NCBI RefSeq assembly: GCF_006345805.1
Contig: NC_043006.1
Location: forward strand, 10,292,001 to 10,356,000
DNA from: Octopus sinensis
Lineage: Eukaryota
DNA: 64,000 nt
Reading direction: 5' to 3'
Of the stretch, positions 12,093 to 27,939 are shown one piece after another; within the stretch, counting starts at the first letter, position 1; every line of letters begins with the position of its first letter. A model generated the notes under the pieces. The model saw only the letters and a list, made by a program, of their open reading frames with translations. It did no database searches and was not told where the DNA came from. Made by a program: the position numbers and the translations under genes.

Positions 12093-14242
12093 TGTTGTGG
12101 TGAAATTTTGACACCCCTGTGAGATAGCAACTCAACTGTTCGAAACCGTATAAAGGCGCGTGTGCACTGTCAGTGAAGGACAGTGTGGTGTGTGCAGGCG
12201 ATTTGTGAAAACAGTCGTAGAGGTCGTTGAGAAGAGATATTCTTTGTAACGTTTTGTTCTGATTTATATCACGAAATATTATCAAACATACATACCAAAC
12301 ATTCATGGTTTAAGAGCACCCCTAAACAACCCATTCAACGAAGGCGTAATATATTATTGGTCAGACTGGTTTCAAAAAGCATTCGAAGAAATTTCAAAAC
12401 GTTTTGACATCGGAACTCTCATTATCGCAGTTTGATCCAAATTTTAAAACAGTAGTAGCATCAGATGCTAACGAAAATGGTATAGGAGCGGAAATTTTAC
12501 ACAAGAATGGAAATGGTAGCGTAAAACTCATCACTCAAGCTTCACGTTCATTATTGACAGCTGAAAAAAAACTACAGCCAAACAGAGTATGTGGCACTAG
12601 CCATTATTTTTGCGCTGAAAAAATTTCACAAATTCATACATGGAAATAAATTCAGTCTGCAAACAGATCACCACCCATTATTATCAATTTCCGGATCGAA
12701 AAACGATATCCCCACACATACAGCCAACTGATTGCAGCGCTGAGGGACAATCCTGCTACGATGGAATTTGTACCATCGATTAGGATATGCGGCTGGGCTG
12801 TCAAGATTGATTCCTAAATACAATGAACCGTTAGAGGACACGGTAACAGCGAACATTAAAAGTCGAAATAAAAATAAAAATATATGTACTCTGCAACGTA
12901 GTACGCGAACTACCTCGCATTTTAATTAATTGAAAGCAGAGAAGCATGCGTTCATAATAAAAATGAAAAGAATAGTGGAGTTTGAAACGAACAGAAACTC
13001 ATGTAACCAAGCATAACACAGTTTCGAAATGGTATTCGATGTGTGACGACGTACGTAGGTACGCTCAGAGGGTTGTAATACCTGTTTCTTTGCAAACCAG
13101 TATGTTAAAAGAGTTCCAGATGGGACCCCCAAGAATCGTGAGAATGAAAACATTGATGAGAAGCCATGTTTACTGGCCGAATATGTATTAGGATCTTAAA
13201 AATTGGTGACAACCTGCAAAGGCACCACTTGTAAGATTGAACCTTGGCCCAATACTGGCTTACCTTGGTCAAGATTACGATGGAGCATACCACTACTGTG
13301 CCATACCATCCGAGATCGAATGGACTAGCGGAACGTTTTGCAGACACGTTTAATGGGGCACTGAAAATACCTAGAAATGAACTACTAGTCGATACTGCAT
13401 AGACGCAATACTTAGGTGTATACCGAATAACACCTAACCCCAACATCAAAATCACTTACCTCACCTGCTGAACTAAGGTTGGCCAGGAAATTTAGGTCAG
13501 TGTTTGACAAATTACTACCGGGAAAGAAAGAAACAAATGGAGAGAAACACCGAAATTAAGATGAAATACTTCAAAATCGGTGACAAGTTTTTTTTTTAAA
13601 TATACAAAAACGGAAAGGAAAGTTGGGAAGAAGGTAGAATTAAACGTTTAAGAAAAATAACGTACATGGTAAAGGGTCTTACGTGGGAACACAAGAGGTA
13701 CCGAAACCAACTCTAAAAGGGTTTACGGATGAAAGAATAAGACACGATGTGCGTACGACATTTCTTCATGAAATGTTTGACGTCCCGATACCTCAAGGAA
13801 AAATCGAACCAACGAGTATAGTGACTAGGAAAAGAAAGCAAACAGATTTTTGCAAGTTGACTCAAAACGAAAAGAAGTTTCCAATTTCTTCCCGGGGAAT
13901 TGAAAACAAAGTGGAGGAGGGGTGGTAATAAAGATAACAAACAAAAAAAAATATTGACTTCCAATGAAAGTTAAACTCAAAAATGGGAAATGCTGCAGTG
14001 AAATCCTGACACCCTTTGGGATAGCATGTCAACTGTCCTAGGCCGTATAGACTTCATATGCATTCTGAATGAAGGACGACAGTGTTGTATGTGCAGGCGT
14101 TTTGTGAAGACGGTCGTAAAAATCGTTGAGAAGAGATATTGTTTGTTACGTGCTGTGTCTGATTTATTTGTATTGTTACAAGTCTACGCTATAAAGTGGC
14201 ATATACAGTGAGTTCGAAGAGGGACATGACAGTGTCGACGAG
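12093..14242 (+). mobile_element. Internally deleted Ty3/Gypsy LTR retrotransposon (RNase H and integrase remnants)
   Basis: Diverged direct LTRs start TGTTGTGGTGAAATTTTGACACCC (12093) and TGCTGCAGTGAAATCCTGACACCC (13991), with a purine tract before the second. RNase H: VVASDAN..GIGA.ILH...ASRSLLTAEKNYSQ...FHKFIHG.KF.LQTDHHPLL. Integrase: VVIPVSLQ..ML.E..H...RMK.LMRSHVYWP and VPYHPRSNGLAERF. No gag, PR or RT seen. Confidence 0.88.
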
Positions 14243-15245
14243 ATATAACAATATTTTAAGACAAAATACATTTCCACTCTAAGTTTCAATAAAATTTTTT
14301 TATGCCAAAAAATTGAAATCAAATGATTTTCTATTTATTTGTGTAATTATTTTCATTGTATATAAACATTTAAGAAAGAAAATCATATACTTCAGAGGAA
14401 ACTCAGTCACATCCATCGCGAGCTTATTTTTGCCCTGTTGATACATTTTTTAAGGATATTTTACATATTTGCTAAAGGAAAGATCCCGAATGAAAAATCC
14501 ACGATAGCAACCGAAACATATTCTTTGTTGGAAACACGTAACATTATTGTACGATGTATGTTTACTCTCAGGCATTAAGGAATTTTGAAATATTGAAGCA
14601 AATATTTCGATTTATAGCCACAAAACATACGATAAAATATATCAACTCTAAACAGATGTACAAGACAGATATTCTTATGCGCGAATATATTCATATTCAA
14701 AAAGATAGAAAAACCTAAACTACCACTACTTTGATTATAACGTTTTGCATTTCCAAATATCTTGGAATGATATAGTTTCTTCACGCTATTGATATTTCTT
14801 AAAAATTAGATATTCTTAGACAAATTTATGTTGTTCCAGGATTACTTTGCTGATGTCAACCAAGTTGCATTCAAAAGATTTACACTTATGCCGATGTAGT
14901 AATATTTAGAAACTGTAATAATATCTCGAAAATCTGTTGCACAATAAAGTATCGATTCTGAATGACATAAAGTATATAATGGAGAATTTACTGAGCTGAA
15001 ATAACTGCAGTTGCAATAGAGAGTGTTTGTAGATAGCTGTTGAAAGGTTTTGTGTAGTTAACTCTCATATTCAATGGTTTTATTTCATATAAAAATATAA
15101 GATCACTTGATTCCATTCTTTTATTGCTTGGAAATTCAAAAAAAAACCCCATAAAATACAGAGTTGGCATTTTATGAAGATTCACTTACACATATATATG
15201 TGGAGGGAGTTCTTTGTGTCTGTTTGTGTGTGTTTGTATGTGTGT

Positions 15246-15282
<37 letters not shown>

Positions 15283-15348
15283 TAAATCTATTTAACTCAT
15301 TGGCTTACAGTGGCGGACTGGAGCAACCTGAATATAATAAGAAATATA

Positions 15349-15758
15349 GGCGCAGGAGTGGCTGTGTGGTAAGTAGCTTGCTAACCAACCACATGGTTCC
15401 GGGTTCAGTCCCACTGCGTGGCATCTTGGGCAAGTGTCTTCTGCTATAGCCCCGGGCCGACCAATGCCTTGTGAGTGGATTTGGTAGACGGAAACTGAAA
15501 GAAGCCTGTCGTATATATGTATATATATATGCGTGTGTTTGTGTGTCTGTGTTTGTCCCCCTAGCATTGCTTGACAACCGATGCTGGTGTGTTTACGTCC
15601 CCGTAACTTAGCGGTTCGGCAAAAGAGACCGATAGAATAAGTACTGGACTTACAAAAGAATAAGTCCCGGGCTCGAGTTGCTCGACTAAAGGCGGTGCTC
15701 CAGCATGGCCGCAGTCAAATGACTGAAACAAGTAAAAGAGTAAAAGAGTAAAGAGTAA
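15349..15758 (+). mobile_element. tRNA-derived CORE-type SINE (octopus OR-SINE-like), full length
   Basis: Head GGCGCAGGAGTGGCTGTGTGGTAAG...GGTTCAGTCCC (A/B boxes), CORE-like CTTGGGCAAGTGTCTTCT, internal (TA)/(TG) tract, (AAAGAGT)n tail. Confidence 0.88.
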
Positions 15759-16319
15759 CTCAAGTATGGGAAGAACATTCAAATATATCAAACCTTACAT
15801 ATACAGCTGACCTGCAGGCACCCCAACAATGAATTATGTGGGTGAATTTAATCTACATCAGAGAATTAGGCAAAATGAGTTTAATACAATTAATACACGT
15901 ATCCAATTATAAAGTAAGTGTTTAGAAATATATTAAGTATATTAACTATGAAATGTTCCAATGAATTTTTTTATAAAATTAAAGATTTCTCTGAACGTCT
16001 TTCTGTATTTGAATCATATTTTATAACCACCATCACCACCTGAAAGAAAGACGGAAGGTGTAGTAATCTTCACTTTTCTTCTCTGTAAGAAACGTGGAAA
16101 TATGTGATTCTTTCATCATCGTTGTGATCAACATCATCATTATCATTTTCAACATCATCATCGAAGTCGTCATCCTCAACATCATCAACATCATCTTCGT
16201 CGCCGTCGTCGTCATCATCAACATCATCATCATCACCATTACCATTGTCGTCGTCGTCGTCGTCGTAACTACGTCCATTGTATACTTTCGTTTCTGTGTT
16301 TTCTTATTCCCTGTCTATT

Positions 16320-16720
16320 TGTTTCATTGTTCCTGAACCCTGATTAGATGCAATTTGTTCATTTACACCTTCAGGAATGACTTGCATCTCAAGCCGACTG
16401 CTAAGAGGATCAAGATCCTCTGTGTGATCTGGAATGGCAGCCTCAAAGCCTATAAATTTTGGTTTTAAATTTTGGATTATTAAATTGTTCCAGCAAAATT
16501 GCATTGTTCATTTCTTTATCTAACCGCAAGGGAGTCCAGTATCATTGATCGCATTTCTGATATTTTCTCACTGCCTGAACTCTTTTAATTTGAGCACATC
16601 TTTCTTATCAGCTACCCTGATAGCATGATTGACATCTCTCCTTGCAAAAGCCGTCATGAAACTTGATAATACTGTTGTGCCGATGGGGGATTCCACTTGC
16701 GTGCTTTGAGAGCGAAAACA
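16320..16720 (-). pseudogene. Tigger/pogo (DDE_1) transposase C-terminal relic
   Basis: One minus frame with stops reads TQVESPIGTTVLSSFMTAFARRDVNHAIRVADKKDVLKLKEFRQ*ENIRNAINDTGLPCG*IKK*TMQFCWNNL...FIGFEAAIPDHTEDL...LEMQVIPEGVNEQIASN. This follows the Tigger pattern QPMDQGVI..FK.YY...LK.FWK...I.DAI.NI...W.EV...T....W.KL...DFEGF...LELEV..EDV.ELL. Confidence 0.62.
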
Positions 16721-17049
16721 TCACTTAATTTTCAGCAAATTGATGCGGAAATACATTAGAATATCTTGGGTTTTTATCTAAAACCACAATGCTTTGAATA
16801 ATAAATTGTTCATATCATAATTCTTGTAACTGCATTAACAAAGTTATTTCTAATAAATTTTGGAATATTGTTCTATCCCATCCGTAGTGTTAACTTTCAC
16901 AGTAACTAGCAGCAAATTCTACCCTCCTTCAACGTTTTCACGTTTTTTCAGAATGACAGAACGTCACCATTTAGAAAGAGTCAAGCTGACTACGCTCACG
17001 TGTAATTTTGTCTTGAATAAATATCATTATTCTTCCAAGCATCTTCTTC

Positions 17050-19228
<2,179 letters not shown>

Positions 19229-19300
<72 letters not shown>

Positions 19301-19320
19301 TGATGATGATGATGATGATG

Positions 19321-19382
<62 letters not shown>
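19229..19382. repeat. (TAA)n/(TGA)n tail or target tract
   Basis: Direct reading. Confidence 0.95.
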
Positions 19383-19798
19383 CTTTTACTGTTTTACTCT
19401 TTCACTTGTTTCAGTCATTTGACTGTGGCTATGCTGGAGCACCGCCTTTAGTCGAAGGAATCGACCCCAGGACTTATTCTTTGTAAGCCTAGTACTTATT
19501 CTATCGGTCTCTTTTGCCTAACCGTTAAGTGACGGGGACGTAAACACACCAGCATCGGTTGTCAAGCGATGTTGGGGGCACAAACAAACACACACAAACT
19601 TATACACACACATACATATATATTATACATATATACGACAGGCTTCTTTCAGTTTCCGTCTACCAAATCCACGCACAAAGATTTTGCCAGCCCGAGGCTA
19701 TAGTAGAAGATACTTGTCCAAGGTGCCACGCAGTGGAGCTGAACCCGGAACCACGTGGTTCGTAAGCAAGCTACTTGCCACACAGCCAATCCTGCGCC
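19383..19798 (-). mobile_element. CORE-type SINE, full length, inserted at the end of the LINE tail
   Basis: Reverse complement of the 15349-15758 family along its length; head ends ...CACAGCCAATCCTGCGCC. Confidence 0.88.
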
Positions 19799-21437
19799 TA
19801 CAAGTAATACAAATATTATACAAATAATACAAATAATAATAAAATAAAGTTCACACCAACATTAAGAAAAAGCTGCTCTGTGTTGAAACCGCTTGATAGG
19901 GAATGTCAAATATTTGAAAAAAAAATTCTCATTTCAGGTTCTTTATGTGCCCCATCTACATTTATAATTAGTTTAACATTATGTAAAACTGTCTTTTTCA
20001 CACAATTGTTAGTGTCTGGAATTCTGAACAATCAGCAGCATATTATATTCTAATTACTCCTACCATGTGTATATAAACGTATTTCTATACGTGCGTGTGC
20101 TGCATTGAATTAGTGTAAGCTTCATAGGAACATGTTCACCTATGTGATCACTCTCCACCTTCGCATCGTTATTTCTTAAAGTAGCAGCATATACATTCTT
20201 CATGCATTACCTAGATGTTCTAGATATATTATTTTCTTATCCTGATTGATTCAAAACACTTCATTTGCTCATCTTCAAAGCTTATTGCGGTATGAAACAA
20301 GTTGTTTTCTGAATAATATCAATTGTTATCTCTAATCTATTATTTTGAAACATCCCACATGTCTTCTTATTATAACCAGTATTGTTATTCTTTATGACAT
20401 GTTACAATGCTTTTACAGCTTACATAGATCAAAATGAGTTCTTAAATGTTTATTTTGTATAATGGCATTGTTCAGAGATAAACTATCGTAATGTAGTTTT
20501 GTTTATAAAAAAATAATGTTTGGAAATATCGCAACAGGTCGTGGATTTCGATCAAGAAAGACGTTGAAGAAAACAAAAATACTTAACGTTTCCAATTTTA
20601 GTTAATTTCCGAGAAATAAATCTAGACTTGGGTTAATATTGCCCTAAGTATTAACCTGGAAAGAAATTGCAGTGTCGGAAAGTTTCACTCTGAATAGATA
20701 TGTTATAGGTGAAATTTTCGGAAATTATTACGGCTGTTTATGGGGAAATATCCGATAGCCGACTATGTATATTTATATTTAAAAAATATCGAATTTACAT
20801 AAATTTGAAAATCTTCATACATCAAAATAAAACACTCGGCTATTGATCAATCCTAAAACAGTAACAACAGCCTTTCTCTGATGGTGAGTTATGTTTTATA
20901 ATCTACTGAACACTTGATGGATGGATGTACGGGTAGCACATTTTTATCGGTTATTGCGGCAATCTATGCGTATGTACGCATGCATGTATGTATGTATGCA
21001 TGTATGTATGTATGTATGCATGTATGCATGTATGTATACATGTATGTATGTATGTATGTATTTATGTATGTTTGTATGTATGCATGTGTGTATGTCTGCA
21101 TGCATATACGTAAGTATGTATGTCTGTAATTATCTGGCTATATATATATATATATACACTCTCTATGTGTGTGCATGTGTGTGAGTGTGTGTACATATAT
21201 CTGGCGGGCGTATGTGTGTGTGCGCGTGCTTGCGTGTATAAACGTGTGTGTATGTCTACAGCAACCAAAACATAATTTCCTGTGTTTATGAGAGTTTATG
21301 AGAGCTAATGAAGGTGAAGACATCTGATGTGCTCTTGTTCATGTATATATGTGCATAAAGACACACACGTACATACATGCATGTATATTTACATACATTC
21401 ATGCATACATACGTACATACATACATACATACATCCA

Positions 21438-21541
21438 TACTCGTTTACTTGTTTCAGTCATTTGACAGCGGCATTTAGTCGAGCAAATCGACCCCAAGAC
21501 TTATTCTTTAGAAACCTAGTACTTATTCTATCGGTCTCTTT
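21438..21541 (-). mobile_element. CORE-type SINE 3' fragment
   Basis: TTTACTTGTTTCAGTCATTTGAC...AGTACTTATTCTATCGGTCTCTTT matches the family's 3' part. Confidence 0.8.
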
Positions 21542-23043
21542 GTATGTATGTACGTATATATGTACGTATGTATGCATGTATGTATGTATATATGGTGCAG
21601 AGAAAAGTGTTAATCCGTAATACTTATAGAAGAAACATGATTGCATTTGACAAAAAAAATGTGATATATTGTTGTCCAGCTTTTTTCTGGTCAATCATAT
21701 GAACAGTAAAGTACGAATTATATACAAAATACATACAGGCGTTTAGTTTGTGATTCGTTGCCAGTGAATTGGTTTGATGACCCTATCAATTTTTTTTTAT
21801 AATTCCCTAACTTATTTTAGTAATATGACCTGGTTTGTGGTATACAAAACCTTATTTAAAGATAAGAAACAAATTATGTAGTTTAATTTCTTAAATCTCA
21901 GCTTTAGGATTTATTAATGGCAAACCGCGGAAATTTGCTTATAGATCAGGCATAGGATTTCACAAAATTATTCTTCTTTTGCAAAAAAAACCCCAGCAAT
22001 TTCAGGGTAAGAGTTTAGTTGAGATCAACGAATCCAATAAATTATAGATTTTTAAAAGACTTTTAACATTATAAGCTTTACATATGTGACCATGATGTAA
22101 CTTTAAATGTCAGGGACTAATTTATTTAGTTTTCACTTCGTCTCTTAAGAGTTCTATAGGTGTCTCAGGAATCTAGGCAGCTATAGTTATAGTTTGTAGC
22201 TGGTGTAACCACTTTCAAAAGGTTTCCTTCTATTCTCCATTACGTAAACTGAAAATGGAATGAATACTATGTATAAAACACAGTGTGACAACTCTAGATA
22301 GTGATGAGTATAAACATAAACTTGCTACTATTTCATATGTGTTCGAGGTATATTCGAACACCGAAGAAAGACAGTCACTCTGGTTTGGCATGAAGAATGG
22401 TTTTCTTATGGGTTTGAATAGGATTCAATTATATTTGAAGGGGTAACAATTTTTGTACTATGCTTAAAATCTCGTGGAGATGGCACTTTTTTGCAGTAAT
22501 TTATGTCCAAGCTGCATATGTGTGCGTATACACACACACACACACACACACATACGTGTATTTCTGTATCTGTTTGCGTAAATGCGTGTGTGTTTGTGTG
22601 TGTGCCCACGCGCACCTGTGTTTGTGCGCCTGTGTATACATCATTGTGTATAATAGCCAGTTTGGTAAATATTCATATTTATACATTTATACAAGCAAAC
22701 TTGAGAATATGGTTTGAATGCAATTAAAGTCTATACCCCTGAGAGGGTAAGCAGAAAATATATTCTTTTATAGGTAGAAATAATTTGTGTTTATATTCAA
22801 TAAATATTCATTTTCTGTTACCTGAGACACACACACGCACGTTATATATATATGTCTGTGTGTCTGTGTCTGTGTCTGTGTCTGTGTGTGTGCGTGTGTG
22901 TGTTTGTGTATGCGGGTGTGTAGGTAAATAGATATATATGTATAGATGTATGTATATATATATATATAATATATATATATATATATGTATAAACATATAT
23001 GTATAGATGTATGTATATATATATGTATAAACATATATGTATA

Positions 23044-23092
<49 letters not shown>

Positions 23093-23202
23093 GTGTGTGT
23101 ATTTATGAACGCGTGCATGTATATACATAATCATACTCCAATACATGTGTATATATTTATATATATACATATACATATATGTATACATATATTCAAATAT
23201 AT

Positions 23203-23244
<42 letters not shown>

Positions 23245-24656
23245 TATTTTTTTATACCTTCATACAACATATTTATATGTGTATGCGTAAATATAAATGT
23301 ATGTATGTATATATATAAACATATATATACACACATATGTGTGTGTGTGTGTGTGTAACGCAACGTACATTGAAATGTATCTTTTGATTTGCTCTCAGTA
23401 ATGTTTTCTTACACACTTCATGTGAGGAGACATATATGTAAGTATATACATATTTTTCTTTCCGTTTATATAGCCTTGAATACCTGTCTCTGCTTTCTGA
23501 AATAAATGCTTAAAAGGGAGCACTAGTGGGTTAATCAAAACTTCGACTACATATACCGTGATATTGTGTTCAAATCTCAGTGAAGCTTTTCGTGGTGCAA
23601 AATAATTGGAAGTACTGAAATATATATATATATATAATTTTATCCGTCCCACTGATTGGCATTTTTCCTAAGTCAAAGCTAATGAATATATGAATAAATT
23701 TAGGAAGAACTGGAAATTATCCAAGGGGGAGAAACATTAGTTAATGGATGTATTTGGTTATTATTTGTTTATTTGATAATTTCTTCTCCTCATTCACCTC
23801 TCGATAACCTACGACACTACATTTACGTCTATTACCACCTATTAAATACACATTAGTTAATTTCCATATATTTAGTTCATTGCAATGTAACAAAAAAAAA
23901 ACACAACTAACCAAACACTATGCAATGGCCGACTAACTTCCTGTGAATGAACAAAGTATTATGAATAACGAGTAAAGATTTTCAGTTAGTAACTATTTCG
24001 GATATACTCTTTGTCTGATCTCTGTAACATTATTTGATCTCAATAATATGTAAGTCGAACACTGAATGAATGAAGAGTGGAATTACAGAAATGTTAAAAA
24101 AGACAGCATGAAACATAAATGAGATAGAATGTAAGTCTTATTGCTATTTACTAAATATAGAAAGCTGAGCTGTATATTCTAAGTAAATTGAATAGAAAAT
24201 TGATGAGAGGAAGTAAAGCAGAATATAAATGCTTGTCTAAATCTCAAAATGTAGAGAATATGAAAAGGAGAATGTAATATTAAATATCAAATATCACATT
24301 CTAGAAAATTGTATAGAGGTTCGATTTTTGAGCAAAGGAAATATGAAAAATAAGAAATAAAATTTTGATAAGAGCAAACAAGTCTGGTACGAAATTATTC
24401 ATTATATAAACGTAATCAGTTATTTCAGTAGATTTTGTTACAAAATGCTATGTGTGTACGTTTGTAGTACAGCTCAGGATAATTGTATATCTATATAATA
24501 AAAATATTTTATGTATAAGGGTGATAAATTTCAAAACATTCACTTATAAATCTTGGTCAGAATGAAATGTGAACTCATGTTAGAAAAGCAAGCAAATGAA
24601 TACCTCGGAAGCAAGTGTGTGAAAATAAAATATGTGATGGTAATCAGTATATATAT

Positions 24657-24701
<45 letters not shown>

Positions 24702-24721
24702 TGATTACCACGTGATATATA

Positions 24722-24759
<38 letters not shown>

Positions 24760-24814
24760 GTTATTTCTGAGTATGTATTGTCTGGGAGACTTTATCTTGC
24801 AGTAGAAGAAATAG

Positions 24815-24856
<42 letters not shown>

Positions 24857-25587
24857 CTAAAGTTTAGAGGAGGTTTTGAGTGTATATCCTTTTATCACAT
24901 AAAGTTTCAAAATATATGCAATCATTACAATACATTATTTAATAATATTTCATAGCCAGTACTTCTACAATTTGTTCTTGATTTTGGTTCCGGCCAGGTC
25001 AGATGGTTAAAATAGCTCTGTTCAACTGAAATATATTGAATATTTTGCAATTGCTTGTGAATATATGTTTGAATATTTTTATATTTTTAGTGGTGCGTCA
25101 TTTTGTTCTTTGCAATTTAATATATTCCTGTCGGTTCCAAACCGCTTCTCTCACTATTCCAAAGAACAAATAATGTTGGAATAAAGACATCTCTAGAAGC
25201 AGAGACTAGAAAATGTAGTCCTTTCTTCATTTGTTGGATATATAAACAGAATTAGATGTTTTAGTAATATAATTGGTTCTAACATGAGCACAGAAGCATA
25301 AATGTTGATGGGAATAGGTCAGATGATTATATAAACCCACTACCTGAATGATAATTCAACTCAACGAACCTAGAGTTGGCTAAAGGCAAACTTAAACTCA
25401 GCTTTATTTGAACTCAGCAACTAAGTGTTTGTAATAAATACCGCTTGCCATTTTGAGTCACGCCTTAGCGATTTTTCCAAACCACCACTCATCACTGGCA
25501 ATCACAGTCTTCAGTGTTCTTTCTAGTACGCCCCGCAACTTTTGCAGTGTCCTTCATGGTACGCTCTGCAAATCAGAACTAGCACTA

Positions 25588-25805
25588 GGGCGGCGAGCAG
25601 GCAGAATTGTTAGCATCCAGACAAAATGCTTAGCAGTGTCCTGTAAGTTTTTTTATGTTTTGAGTTAAAATTCCGCGGAGGCTGACTTTACCGTTCGTCA
25701 TTTGGGGGTCGATAAATTGTGAACGAGTTTAGTGCAGGGGTCGATGAAATTGACTGACACTTTCCCACAAACGTGCTGGCCTCGTAACAAAATTTGAAAG
25801 CAATA
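25588..25805 (+). mobile_element. Diverged Nin/Deu-type SINE (alternative 3' tail)
   Basis: GGCGGCGAGCAGGCAGAA head, GGGGTCGATAAATT domain, and tail GTGCTGGCCTCGTAACAAAATTTGAAAGCAAT. Confidence 0.75.
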
Positions 25806-26736
25806 TACAACAAAGTCTGCTTTTATACACCATAATCGATAAACCATAAACTGACCCTAAAGTTTGGATGATTTGAAAAGTTAATAAATATATCCGAAGA
25901 ACCCAGGAAGTTATATGATTTAACTTTCCAGTCTTTTACTTTATCTCCAGATACAATTCTTATGAAAGTGATGATAGATGACACAGGGCATATCTTTACA
26001 TTTCTTCCGTTTGTTTAAATGCCAAGGACTAGCTCATAAAATAGTTTCTGTGCAGATTATCTCTGACTATCATTAATCTTTGACAGAGTCCTTTCTTACT
26101 TGACAGATATTTTATCTGTCATTCACGGAAAACGAAAGATTAAATCTTAGTGGTCGTGATTTCAATTTGTATAGGAAGATAATTCATATAAATCTGATTT
26201 AAGAGTTATATTCGTGAGCATGTTAGAGAGACGTTTTAATCCCGAATGCCTCGAGTGATTTTAATGTCGATAGAAATTTAGGAGTGCTGCCACACCAAAA
26301 TATATTCTACTGATGTTTGAGAGTATACTTTAACGCTATGCAAAGATAAAGCAGCCGTCAGACATTTATTACAGTGGAAAAGTCATAGAAAAATCTAGAG
26401 TGGCCAACAACATACAAAAGCGTAAAACACTTCAGAAAATATTTGACGGAAATATTTAGTCACTATTCCGAGAGTATTGTTGATATGTTCTTGAAAATAT
26501 CCCAAGAGTAGATCCAATTTATGTGTGTATGTATGTATGTATGTATGTATGTATGTATGTATGTATGTATGTATGTATGTATGTATGTATGTATGTGTTT
26601 ACGTATGTATGTATGTATATATGTCATTATTCAGTTTTATTTCAAGATTCCTTGCCAATAGAGAAAAAGGCGATTCCTAACCTAGATTCAAATCTCCTTC
26701 ATTACAATTTCGACATCAACACGGTATTTATGTTTA

Positions 26737-27939
26737 TACAATGGAGTACCCAAAAGTCACAGGTATTTTGAAATGCTAATTTATTCACATAGGTTTACAT
26801 GTTTACGCTTTTATTGCCTTCAAATTATTCACCATTCCAATCAATGCATCGGTCCACACGCGTTTTCAAGTGTTCGAAGGAGTGTTGTTGCTTTTGCTTT
26901 TAAAAATTCCGTCTTTTTATTTTATTCTTTACCACTTCCACATCTGCAAAATGTCTTCCTTAAGAAATTTTTCATTCGGCGGAACAGAAAGTGTCGCAGG
27001 GAGCAATATCGGGAGAGTAGGGAAGGTGGGTACGCGGGAGTAATGCCATTTCTAATCAAAGACTGTTTCATACTTGAGGCGATGTGTGCAAGTGCATTGT
27101 TGCAATGAAAACACCACTCTCAACTTTGCTACAGGTCGGGGCTTTCTCGTCTTACCGCGTCTTACAAATGCTCCAGAACCGCCACGTAAAATGTCTGGTT
27201 AACTGTTTGACCAGGAGGTACAAATACTGTGTAGACAACTCTTTTCGCATCGCTGAAAGAATCATCTGCGTTTTCGTCACCAGTGATGATCTTTGAATAA
27301 AGGTCCAAATCAACTTCTCACTGTTCTTTCAGTTCACGTCACACCTTCAGTCGTGACTGCTTTTGAACTTCCTTGAACAAGCGAGGTACAAATTTTGCTG
27401 CAACTCTTTTCATTCGTCGCTCAAAATTCATAGGCAGCAGTTTCAGAACACAGCAGTTATATCAACAATTTCGTCAATTGACCGGTGACGATCCTCCAAT
27501 ATCTGTTCTTGAATTTTCATGATGTTTCCATTCGTTCGGGAGGTGGATGGTTGCTCTGAACGAGCTTTGTCTTCAAGCGACAAGCGACCACCCCTAGAGC
27601 GTGAAAACTACTCGTGAACTTGTGTTTTGCTTATGGCAGCGTCTTTATAAGCTATTTAAAAAATGGTAACTGTTTCCGTTTTTTTTTTTCCAGCAGAAAA
27701 CAGAATTTCACGGAAGCATGTTGTTCCTTCGTTTCAGCCATCGCAAAAATCGAAGAACAGGGGAGAAGCACTGCAAAACAAGGAATACCACGAAGCAGTA
27801 AAGATCACTGAAGAGGACACCAGTCAGCAGCCTAATGTCTGAGGGTCGCATCAAGTGGCTTCTAGCGGCAGAAATCTGAACTGCACTGGGCTTTTCCCAC
27901 AGAACGAAGTTCTCGGTCACTTTTGGGTACCATATGCGG
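26737..27939 (-). mobile_element. Near full-length degenerate mariner (DD34D) transposon
   Basis: Minus translation gives MAETKEQHASVKFCF..., MKRVAAKFVPRL, KIITGDE and HLPYSPDIAPCD, ending ...VDRCIDWNGExFEG. TIR cores GTACCCAAAAGT(C/G)AC at both ends; ~1.2 kb. Confidence 0.88.

Noticed and set aside
15349-15420. tRNA gene calls at SINE heads
   Set aside because: A/B-box-like motifs run directly into CORE or Nin SINE bodies, and no complete cloverleaf is present.
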